DNA of 64,000 bases from Cyanophyceae cyanobacterium. GTDB taxonomy: Bacteria; Cyanobacteriota; Cyanobacteriia; Cyanobacteriales; Laspinemataceae. A program made the translations under genes and the position numbers. This document shows positions 32,023 through 41,725 of this stretch, piece by piece. The notes below the pieces were generated by a model. That model saw only the letters and a program-made list of their open reading frames with translations. It ran no database searches and had not been told where the DNA came from. Position 1 is the stretch's first letter; each line of letters opens with the position of its first letter. The DNA lies in contig JBBQFN010000013.1 of NCBI GenBank assembly GCA_038321985.1, positions 80,106 through 144,105 of the forward strand, in the 5' to 3' direction.

Positions 32023-32241
32023 AGGGTTTAGGCAAAGAGTGTGAAGGGGAAGGACGGAAAAAAGGGGAGATGGGAGCATGAGGGGGACTGCCATCGAGTT
32101 GGGGGAGTTGAGGTAGACCGGGAAATTTAGGAGAGGGATGATTCATCCTATTTCCTTAAATCGTCCCGTATCTATCTCTATTCCCTCGCTTCCCCATCTT
32201 CCCTTTTCTCCCTAATCCAAACAGGAGATGAGGGGCTAAAT

Positions 32242-33558
<1,317 letters not shown>

Positions 33559-33941
33559 CTACCTTACTCTATCGTTCCCTGAGAGGGTAGGGCGATCGCA
33601 AGATTTGTTCGAGGGAGCTTTAGGTTGAGGTTCCTCGGGCGTTTCTAGCTCATCCGGTGAGGAGTCTTTTGGAATGGACCATTGCAGTTTTTCCAGCAGG
33701 AATGCCGGAATCTGAAGGGTTTGATCAGAGTCGGGATTCACCGGATCCATGACAGGGCGAATTTCCCACACCTGAGTTTCTAGAAGCCCTAGGGTAAATT
33801 GTTCTGCCAGGATTTCTGACTTCTATTCGGAAATACTTAATTAAACTGTTAGAAAAATGCTAAGAAACGATTCTAAAAAGCCCCCCGAAATTAATTTTTT
33901 CTTCTTCTGGTTTCCCCCATTCCCTACAAAAACACACCTTA

Positions 33942-35012
33942 CTAAAATTCACAATCAGAGTTGAGGGAGAGTCGCCAAGTCCGGTTAAAACCAGAACCAA
34001 AGGTTTCATAGCTATAGCCAAGGCGATAGGGAAAATGTCCTAAAGGAATCGTTTGAGGCTCTACCCCATTGTAGAAATCCTCCTGAAAATGGTTAGAAGA
34101 CCAACCCACTGCTCTTTCAAACTGTGCATAATGCTCCCAGTTTAATTCTCCTGGTTTGTTGTCCGTTGCTTTTAGTTGGGATGTCTGAATACTGAAACCA
34201 AAGCGGTTCTTAGAATATTTGAGCCAGAGGCGATCAATTTTTTGAAGTTCAGAACAGGGAATCTCCGAGATTAATAAAGAAGCTGTAGCGCTTCTGGTAT
34301 CTTCTCGATAGGGTTGTAGTACCTCTAAGGTTTCCCAGTCGGCTTCAACCCATTGATTCTGCCGCAAGGCATCAATCATTCGGCAGTATTTCAAGCGATG
34401 GGTAATCGAGGCTACACCGTGCCAAACCCCACCACTTACCCCATTCCCGGTTGTCGCGGGTAAGTGGCCCTCGGGAGCAGATTTAGAGAAGTTAAGTTTC
34501 TCGTAGGTACGCCACTGACCCTGCCTACGCCAGCCGACGCGATCGCCAAATTTCTCAGCAATTTCTGGAGTATATTGACCGACAACCCCGCCTACAGATT
34601 CCCAAATTTTTTGCTGCTGAATAAAGCCAAAACGACTATCACTATAATAATTCCATAGGTTCGCTAAGGTGTGCAAGTCCTCACAGTCGAGTTTTTCTAC
34701 ATCGGCTTGGCTTAACCAACCTTCCGCTTCTCTCTGGCTGATTTTTAACAAAATCTCAAAGGTGGCGCGATCGGCAGCTTTCCACTCCCGATTCCGCAGC
34801 AAGGCTTCCAAGGGTTTATAGTTAATATTGGCCGTGGAGGTTAGCGGAGATACCACCTCGGGTTTAAGCGGTTGTTCAAACTCACAGGATTGCAAACTTA
34901 AACCAAGGATTAAGACGATTGCCCTAATTTTTTTTCCCACCCCAGGGGGGATTACTATTGGAGTTAATCGATCCCTTATAAAAATCCCAATTACCCACTG
35001 TTTTAAACCCAT
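33942..35012 (-). CDS. GUN4-like domain protein (two GUN4-like repeats, probable lipoprotein)
   Basis: W..AD..T...C.DL.....LW..YS..RFGF..Q pattern occurs twice, each ending P.GH(L/F)P; hydrophobic leader with LQSC. Confidence 0.82.
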   Translation of the reverse strand: MGLKQWVIGIFIRDRLTPIVIPPGVGKKIRAIVLILGLSLQSCEFEQPLKPEVVSPLTSTANINYKPLEALLRNREWKAADRATFEILLKISQREAEGWLSQADVEKLDCEDLHTLANLWNYYSDSRFGFIQQQKIWESVGGVVGQYTPEIAEKFGDRVGWRRQGQWRTYEKLNFSKSAPEGHLPATTGNGVSGGVWHGVASITHRLKYCRMIDALRQNQWVEADWETLEVLQPYREDTRSATASLLISEIPCSELQKIDRLWLKYSKNRFGFSIQTSQLKATDNKPGELNWEHYAQFERAVGWSSNHFQEDFYNGVEPQTIPLGHFPYRLGYSYETFGSGFNRTWRLSLNSDCEF

Positions 35013-35249
35013 ACTTCTACAATAAATTAAGCCTAAATTGGTTCACATTCCGAAAGTTTGAATTTGCCTTTTTTACTCACACAAAATCGGAGAGACTTCT
35101 TTGGGTTTTCTTCCAACCGAGTGAGTTATGCCTATCTACCCGGGTTAAATTTCCCAAGCTAGGGGATGATTTTACAGGATAATCAAGCTAAAGTGATAGA
35201 AACTCAATAACCGTTTTAACTTTTCCACATATTAACCTGAATAACTATC

Positions 35250-36188
35250 ATGGAAAATTTAGCATATTTACAAGCGGTTTTGGCCCTAGAATCAGTCTGG
35301 GGAGGGTTAGAGTCTCACCAACCGCAACTCGGGAACTCAGGGGAGAGGGTCAAGGGACAAAGTTTGTCGGGTCCGGGATACCGTTACAGGTTAACGATCG
35401 CCCTGAGTCTCTCTCTCTTGAGTCTAGTGCAAGGGGCAGTCGCCTTGGCGTTTATTCCCGCCACTGGACTCGGACGAGGAGATAGTGGACCCCTCGTCAC
35501 TTGCGTTCAGCAAATGTTGAAGGCAACGGGTTATTTTCACGGACCCGTTTCCGGTTTTTATGGACCGATGACGGAACAAGCGGTCTTAAAATGGGAACTG
35601 GAAAGTGCGGGCGTTGGTGATGGTGCGATCAATGCTTCAACAATTGCTCAAATCGACTGTTATCAAGGTCAAATCTCCCGGACTCCTGGTCCCGCTTTAC
35701 CGAATCCCCAAGGTACTCCCAAAAGAGGCGATCACCCAACCGATCATCCAGGTACTGGGACAGTCAGACTAGGCGATCGCGGGGAACAGGTGGTGCAGTT
35801 ACAACAGAAATTAGTAGCTGCCGGTTATTTTAAAGGTCCCATTACCGGCTACTATGGTGCAGGGACTCAAGATGCAGTGATGCACTTTCAACAAGACCAC
35901 CATATCCCCATCGATGGGGTTGCCACCCCGGAAACCTTATTACAACTGGCAAAGAGACCTGGCCCCTCTTCCTTCTCTCCACAGACCCTGCGCCGGGGGT
36001 CTCAGGGTTCCAACGTCGTCTATCTCCAAGAAAATTTACGGAACTTAGGATACTATACAGGACCAGTCACCGGCTATTACGGCCAGCTCACTCAAGACGC
36101 GGTGATGGCATTACAATGCGATCGCCTCATCCCGGCTGATGGCATTGCCGGTCCTCAAACCCAGAGTATCTTGGTTTCTCTCTATTAA
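35250..36188 (+). CDS. Peptidoglycan-binding domain protein (3x PG_binding_1)
   Basis: Three LxxGxxG..V..LQ..L...GY..GP.TG.YG..T..AV units. Confidence 0.88.
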   Translation: MENLAYLQAVLALESVWGGLESHQPQLGNSGERVKGQSLSGPGYRYRLTIALSLSLLSLVQGAVALAFIPATGLGRGDSGPLVTCVQQMLKATGYFHGPVSGFYGPMTEQAVLKWELESAGVGDGAINASTIAQIDCYQGQISRTPGPALPNPQGTPKRGDHPTDHPGTGTVRLGDRGEQVVQLQQKLVAAGYFKGPITGYYGAGTQDAVMHFQQDHHIPIDGVATPETLLQLAKRPGPSSFSPQTLRRGSQGSNVVYLQENLRNLGYYTGPVTGYYGQLTQDAVMALQCDRLIPADGIAGPQTQSILVSLY

Positions 36189-36251
36189 AACCGAAAAGCG
36201 ATCGCCTCCCACCCAGGGAAATTGCGATCGCTCTCTTGACTAGGCATCGGA

Positions 36252-36932
36252 TTAACAAACCAGGGCCTTTCCCGGATAAATTTCTCGCTTGCGAGTTTTC
36301 TTGTCCAGGTAAATCCACTCCAAATCTTGGAGGCGATTTACCAAGTTAGAGATACTCACCCCCAATTCTTCTCGCATTTCGTATAAGTGAGACCAATAAG
36401 TTAAATCCCGTCCCCGGCGTTTCTCTTCTAAAATATGTCGGGGCATTAGTAGGCAACCCGCAAAATACTGCGCCTGCCACTCCATTGACTCTAAAACCGA
36501 GGCATTGCTGAGGGGAGTGCCAACCTCGCGACTGCCCCGGCAGACAAACGGTTCATCCGCCGCTACATCCGGGTTCAACCCCTGGCGATCGCCGATTTGG
36601 GCAGCCGCTTCGTGATTAATATGTAGCACCCAATGGCCGATTTCGTGAGCGAGAGTAGATTCTTGAAATCCCTGGGGTTTATCGAGAATCTCTTCATTAA
36701 TCTCGATACAGCGTTGTACAGGTAAAATCCTCGCCGCGATCGCCCCTTGTTCATCGGCGGGAATCCGTTCCCAAATCACGCCGAGGTCGAAAAAATCCGC
36801 AACCAAACTCACGTCAAACGGCCACGCAGGAGCAAATTGTTCTCCTCGCTTTGCCATCCGCCTGAGTAGGTTATTCGCCTGGTACTCAATCGCTTCCTTG
36901 GGATAATAGCGATACGGCTTAAAGATACTCAA
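36252..36932 (-). CDS. ImmA/IrrE family metallo-endopeptidase
   Basis: TLAHEIGHWVLH (HExxH), EWQAQYFAGCLLMP and C-terminal HTH-like LGVSISNLVNRL. Confidence 0.92.
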   Translation of the reverse strand: MSIFKPYRYYPKEAIEYQANNLLRRMAKRGEQFAPAWPFDVSLVADFFDLGVIWERIPADEQGAIAARILPVQRCIEINEEILDKPQGFQESTLAHEIGHWVLHINHEAAAQIGDRQGLNPDVAADEPFVCRGSREVGTPLSNASVLESMEWQAQYFAGCLLMPRHILEEKRRGRDLTYWSHLYEMREELGVSISNLVNRLQDLEWIYLDKKTRKREIYPGKALVC

Positions 36933-36934
36933 GG

Positions 36935-37276
36935 TTATTCTCCCTCGCTTGCCACCTGCTGAAACACCTTTTCTGCAAAATCAGGATTTTCTCGCATCCG
37001 CCGCAGCAGTGCAGGCATCGCTTTATAGTTTTGCTTGAGAAAATCCTCGTACCGTTGCGGAACCCGTCCGGCGAGGACGATTGACTCTTCCTCATCCAGA
37101 TCTAAGTTCCGCGCCAAGGACCGAATTACATCCTCTTTGGGAGCATAGTCTGCCCGATCGTTCTCCAGCTTGGACAAGTAGGTGAAATCTACATCCAGAA
37201 GCTTGGCAAGCTCCCTCTGGCTGTACCCCTTGTCCTTGCGTGCTTGACGAATTAGTTTACCAAAACTCTGTTCCAC
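36935..37276 (-). CDS. XRE-family HTH repressor
   Basis: FGKLIRQARKDKGYSQRELAKLLDVDFTYLSKLEND; ends 2 nt before the protease start. Confidence 0.92.
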   Translation of the reverse strand: MEQSFGKLIRQARKDKGYSQRELAKLLDVDFTYLSKLENDRADYAPKEDVIRSLARNLDLDEEESIVLAGRVPQRYEDFLKQNYKAMPALLRRMRENPDFAEKVFQQVASEGE

Positions 37277-37301
37277 GTCTTTAAATTCCCACTACATCTG
37301 C

Positions 37302-37330
37302 ATTGTAGGTGACTTTGAAAAAAAAATCAA
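37302..37330 (-). promoter_or_regulatory. Sigma70-type promoter for the repressor-protease operon
   Basis: Minus strand TTGATT-N17-TACAAT. Confidence 0.65.
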
Positions 37331-37392
37331 CTTTGGGGTTGACGAAAAAATCAATACACGTTAAACTAGGTTTAGTTGAACAATGATTCAAC
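37315..37392. promoter_or_regulatory. Three palindromic operator-like sites TTGA-N8-TCAA
   Basis: 37315-37330, 37339-37354 and 37376-37391 (the last is the extended GTTGAA-N6-TTCAAC, 37375-37392). Confidence 0.75.
37339..37367 (+). promoter_or_regulatory. Sigma70-type promoter for the divergent genes
   Basis: TTGACG-N17-TAAACT. Confidence 0.7.
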
Positions 37393-37544
37393 AAGACAGG
37401 CGCTAGGGGTGGAGTAGTAATTCCCAAGTTCTTCCGGCTGAGACCCTATATCTAGTCCATGTCCGGGGAAGGGAACCGAAGGGTCTGGGGCAATCCACTG
37501 CGCCATAAGGGAGGGAAACACTCAAGCAAGACAGGAGAGGAACG

Positions 37545-37904
37545 ATGCTCAAAACCTGGACTGATACTCACTATAAGCTCGAAGACGGGGATTGGCTTTA
37601 TATTGCCAAGCACGAGGAACAAGGGAGTGCCTCCCTCATCTGTCCGGGTTATGCCCGAGATGGTTCAGGCTTCACGATCCATTTTACCCCAGCGCATATC
37701 GAAATTTTACAAAATCTGCTGGCGGTGTTGCAAAGGACTCCAAACCTATCCCCGTCGGAGTCAGTTCGGGTGAGTAATGGCAATCCTTGGGTGGAACGAT
37801 CGGCCAACCCTGACGCGGCTAAAACTGAGAATCGTCATGCAGAAGAAACGGGTTACAAATATCCCACTCCCACCCCCGCAACCCCTGGCCCGGTTATTCG
37901 TTAA
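37545..37904 (+). CDS. Hypothetical protein
   Basis: 119-aa ORF with AGGAGAGG SD; first gene after the operator region. Confidence 0.65.
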   Translation: MLKTWTDTHYKLEDGDWLYIAKHEEQGSASLICPGYARDGSGFTIHFTPAHIEILQNLLAVLQRTPNLSPSESVRVSNGNPWVERSANPDAAKTENRHAEETGYKYPTPTPATPGPVIR

Positions 37905-37998
37905 TCTAGGCGATCGCTGGTTAATTTGAGCAACCTCAATGGCAAAACATAAAACACCAACTTCAGCAGCTTCATTCAACCCTACAGGAGTAGAAACC

Positions 37999-38685
37999 AT
38001 GTCTAAGAAAGCGACTATTTCCGTATTTGGAACTAAGCCAGAAAATGCAATTGTTGTTCCGGAATTGCCGATTTCTGCGAAAAATAATTGTCAAGCGGGA
38101 AAATGGACAATTGGGGATGAAGAATACGGGTCTAAATTAGCGATGACTATCCTGAAATTTAGCAAATTTTTCGGGAGTCTCGGCCAGACAAAAGATACTT
38201 TATGGGGACAAATTTGGTTTGTCGCGGAAGCGGGAGAATTGCCCCATGATGTAGTGATGGTGACTTACGTCAAGGGGCGTAGTCTGAGCGATTTTAATCG
38301 TTTAGTGGCCTCGGTTCAAGCGCGAGGGGTGGAACCCGCTGAAGGGGTATTTGTGCCAGATTTTATTAAACATTCTGGACAAAAACCCGATGAAAATGGG
38401 GTGATTAAACCCATTAATTATTATAGCCTGAAGTGGGACTGGATTGAACGGTCAAATTGGGAGATGGTGGAACAAGCGGCGATCGTCTTGTCGGATCCCC
38501 ATAATCAATCCCGAATGATTGACTTGGAAGGAACCCGAGAAATGGTGGCTTTGGATAATTTGCCTCCTTCTGAAATTTCCCGTTTAATGAATCCTCATTT
38601 GGATAGTCCAGCCCCTACGGACATGGCATTGCCTGCGGCAGTTTCTCCGGAGTTAATGCGCGAACCGGCTCTTGCTAATGGCTAA
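37999..38685 (+). CDS. Hypothetical protein, beta-rich with aromatic residues and acidic/Pro tail
   Basis: ATG at 37999 with AGGAG SD; followed by the hairpin at 38703-38728. Confidence 0.8.
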   Translation: MSKKATISVFGTKPENAIVVPELPISAKNNCQAGKWTIGDEEYGSKLAMTILKFSKFFGSLGQTKDTLWGQIWFVAEAGELPHDVVMVTYVKGRSLSDFNRLVASVQARGVEPAEGVFVPDFIKHSGQKPDENGVIKPINYYSLKWDWIERSNWEMVEQAAIVLSDPHNQSRMIDLEGTREMVALDNLPPSEISRLMNPHLDSPAPTDMALPAAVSPELMREPALANG

Positions 38686-38702
38686 TTGATGTTGATAAAA
38701 AT

Positions 38703-38728
38703 GGAAGAGAGGCGACTGCATCTCTTCC
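38703..38728 (+). terminator. Putative intrinsic terminator
   Basis: GGAAGAGA-N10-TCTCTTCC followed by TTT. Confidence 0.5.
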
Positions 38729-38751
38729 TTTACCTTACTGTAGATAAATTT

Positions 38752-39057
38752 ATGAAAAAAGTGGCTAAACTCACGCGCCAGTCTGTCTTGGAGAGTCAGT
38801 TGAAAGGAAATCTGGCAACCATAGAGGAGATTCGGACTGATACCTTAAATGATTTACAACTCCTCAGCGAAGACTTTCAACATCTTCACCTGGTTATCGC
38901 CTCAGTCCAGCAAAATTATGCGGCATTGTTAACGCAAAATCGCCAAATGAGAGGGATGCTTTTACAGGTTGTTGATGAGTGTTACTGCTGGCAAGGCAAC
39001 CGTTGCGATCGCTGTCGTGCCATTCTCCAGCTTCTCTCCAATCGCCAGCTAGAGTAA
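38752..39057 (+). CDS. Small coiled-coil protein with CxC-x4-CxxC motif
   Basis: Helical body and CYCWQGNRCDRC near the C-terminus. Confidence 0.7.
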   Translation: MKKVAKLTRQSVLESQLKGNLATIEEIRTDTLNDLQLLSEDFQHLHLVIASVQQNYAALLTQNRQMRGMLLQVVDECYCWQGNRCDRCRAILQLLSNRQLE

Positions 39058-39150
39058 AGGGGAAACTGGAAATTTTTCTAGGTTAGCTGCTTTGCGTTTT
39101 AATCGCGAAATTGGGGAAAATTTAATCTTTTTTTAAGGGATTTATTTCCC

Positions 39151-39178
39151 TTGACAGGGAGTAGTTTTAGAGTAAAAT
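39151..39178 (+). promoter_or_regulatory. Sigma70-type promoter
   Basis: TTGACA-N16-TAAAAT upstream of the coiled-coil gene pair. Confidence 0.55.
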
Positions 39179-39336
39179 ATGGAAAATGAAATTTGCCCTG
39201 TCTTCTATTAGCTTTTGGCAAAAATTTAGCTTCACCGGATGAGCTAAGTGATTTGCTAAATGAGCTATATCCTTTCTAAAGTACCCACTCGACAAAGGTT
39301 TTCTGTATCTAAATATCCTAAATTGGAGGAAAAGTT

Positions 39337-40335
39337 ATGTCCCAAACCCTGGTTAAAGACAGTAAATCTCAAATTTTAGCCCAATTTCAAAAACTGCTGG
39401 CGAGTCGCCAAGAGACTATCTCCAAAGTCGCTACGAAAGAGGAAGAAGCGGAAAAGGAGAAAAATAAAGAACTCCTGGCAGTTGCCTCAACTTACACCAT
39501 TGATACTATTGTCAAAGGGTTAGCGGACCTGCAACTCGATTTCGCGAGTATTATCACCCAACTGGCTGAGAAACTTAGCACAGAAACCGCTAAACTGGAC
39601 GAACTCAAACGGGCGATCGCCATTGAAACTAATCGCCTAGAAGAATTACGCCAAATTCGAGTCGTTGCCGATGCTCTTCATATTTTAACCCAAGAACATC
39701 AAGAAAAGTTAGCCCTGCTGGATTATCAGGCGGCTTTACAACAAGAAACTATTGAAACGGACCAAACGCAAAAGCGCAAAATATGGCAAAAAGAACAACA
39801 AGAATTTGAGAGTTTCGTTCAAGAAAAAGATGAATCTGACGCCAAAAAGCGGCAACAAGAATCGGCAGATTATGAATATGAACGGCTGCGGATTCAAGAG
39901 TTAGAAACCGATGAATATGAAGAACGGAAGCGGCAACAAGAGCGAGAGTTGAAAGAGATGGCCCGGGATAAAGAAAAGCACTGGGCTGAACGGGAAAAAT
40001 ATTTGAATGAACATCAGGCAGAATTTGAAGCGAATCAGCAGAAAATGGCCGGGTTTGAAGAAGAATTGAAGCAGGCTTATATTAAAGCCAAAGAAGAGGC
40101 GATCGCCGAAGTCAAGCGCGAAGCCAAAGTCAAATCTGATTTATTCGAGAAAGAGTGGGAAGGCACGAAGCAAGGGTATGATTTAACCCTGCAATCTCTC
40201 AACAGCAACATCGATCGCCAAACCCAACAAATTGCCGATATTACCGCCCAACTACAAGCGGCGACCCGACAAGCTCAAGATTTAGCAATGCGAGCTTTTC
40301 AAACTTCCTCCAATGTGAGTTTATCCTCTAAGTAA
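39337..40335 (+). CDS. Coiled-coil-rich protein (paralog A)
   Basis: E/K/Q-rich heptads; KDSKSQIL start and QLQAATRQAQDLAMRAF end mirror the downstream gene. Confidence 0.85.
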   Translation: MSQTLVKDSKSQILAQFQKLLASRQETISKVATKEEEAEKEKNKELLAVASTYTIDTIVKGLADLQLDFASIITQLAEKLSTETAKLDELKRAIAIETNRLEELRQIRVVADALHILTQEHQEKLALLDYQAALQQETIETDQTQKRKIWQKEQQEFESFVQEKDESDAKKRQQESADYEYERLRIQELETDEYEERKRQQERELKEMARDKEKHWAEREKYLNEHQAEFEANQQKMAGFEEELKQAYIKAKEEAIAEVKREAKVKSDLFEKEWEGTKQGYDLTLQSLNSNIDRQTQQIADITAQLQAATRQAQDLAMRAFQTSSNVSLSSK

Positions 40336-40521
40336 GCGGATTAAATCCGGCAGAAAAGAGAGATTAAAATTATTCTATATCGGCGTCAAGGCAAGGGATT
40401 ATATTCCAGGGCTTTGTCTTGGCAGATCCGTATAGAAGAAGGTTAAGTTTAACCATTGACTAGCCCAATTCTAGACTTATTTTCAAATTTCATCCATTCA
40501 ATAATTCTCGGGAGCAGTCTG

Positions 40522-41619
40522 ATGACAAAAAACATTACCTCTAAAAGCACCAAAGCCGAAGTTCTGGAAGCATTAGGGGAATTAGAAAAAGAAAATTCCA
40601 GCCTAGAGGCTCAAGTCAAGCAATTGAGTAAAGAAAAGCAAGCAGCAGCGAAAAGTACCATTTCAACGGTCAAAGAAATTAATTCTCCCGAATCAAAACT
40701 CACCATGAATAATGCTTCAAAAGCCCAGCAGAAAGTCAACCAAACAATTGAAAGTTTACAATTATTACAATTAGGCTTTGGGGGTGCGGTCAGCGATTTG
40801 TCCGAACGCCTGACTTCGGAAGCCTCTAAACTTCATGAACTTGAAGAAGCGGTGAATCAGGAGATACAAGAACTCCAGAATTTACACGATTTAGAAGTAT
40901 CCGAAGAGACCTTAGAAAGTTTAATCCAAACCTATCAAGAACGAGCAAAAACCTTTCAATTGGAAATAACCGATCGCCAGGATACCTTAGATCAACGAAT
41001 CCAAACCTTGAAGAAAACCTGGGAGAAAGAACAAGAAACTCATCAACGTGAGATTAAAGAGCGCAATACCACCCAGGAGAAACAGTGGCAGCGGGATGCA
41101 GAGGAATACCGCTACAACTTAGAGCGCGATCGCCACTTAGCCCAAGAAGAATACGCCCAAACCCAAAAACGGTTGTATCAAGAACTCGCCGAAACCCGGC
41201 AAGTGCAAGAACAAGAATGGACAGAACGGGAAAAGGCGACAGCCAAACGGGAGCAAGAATATGCTGAAGCCAAAGCCAAAGTGGAGACACATCCGACGGA
41301 ACTAGAAACCACTATCAAGAATGGCAAAGATAATGGTCGGAATATCGGTCACTATCAAGCCAAAATTGCCTCAGATCTGCGGGGTAAAGAAATTGAAGGG
41401 CTTCAGCGCTCCTACCAACTGCAAATTAGCGCATTAGAAGTTAGTATTAACAATCAGGAAGAACGGAGCAAGACCCTGACTAAACAACTTGAAGCCGCAC
41501 TCAAACAGGTTCAGGATTTAGCAGTTAAGGCGATCGAAGGCAGCTCAAATGCCAATTCCTTCCAAGCCCTGCGTGAAATCGCCGTCGAACAAGCCAAAAA
41601 TCTGCCAAAAAGCAAATAA
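40522..41619 (+). CDS. Coiled-coil-rich protein (paralog B)
   Basis: KSTKAEVL start and QLEAALKQVQDLAVKAIEG near the end; homologous to the upstream gene. Confidence 0.85.
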   Translation: MTKNITSKSTKAEVLEALGELEKENSSLEAQVKQLSKEKQAAAKSTISTVKEINSPESKLTMNNASKAQQKVNQTIESLQLLQLGFGGAVSDLSERLTSEASKLHELEEAVNQEIQELQNLHDLEVSEETLESLIQTYQERAKTFQLEITDRQDTLDQRIQTLKKTWEKEQETHQREIKERNTTQEKQWQRDAEEYRYNLERDRHLAQEEYAQTQKRLYQELAETRQVQEQEWTEREKATAKREQEYAEAKAKVETHPTELETTIKNGKDNGRNIGHYQAKIASDLRGKEIEGLQRSYQLQISALEVSINNQEERSKTLTKQLEAALKQVQDLAVKAIEGSSNANSFQALREIAVEQAKNLPKSK

Positions 41620-41641
41620 TCGCTAGTTTTAGTGTTATTTT

Positions 41642-41673
41642 AACTAGGGGCAATTCATTAATTGTCCCTAGTT
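41642..41673 (+). terminator. Intrinsic terminator
   Basis: AACTAGGGGCAATT...AATTGTCCCTAGTT followed by T's. Confidence 0.6.
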
Positions 41674-41725
41674 TTCTGTATTTAAGGCGGGTAAATCCTC
41701 ACTAAGAGTTGAAAACCGAGGCTCT

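Noticed and set aside
36252..41619. Intact prophage or ICE around the ImmA/XRE pair
   Set aside because: No integrase, att-like repeats, tRNA, structural or conjugation genes were seen, and the composition is host-like.
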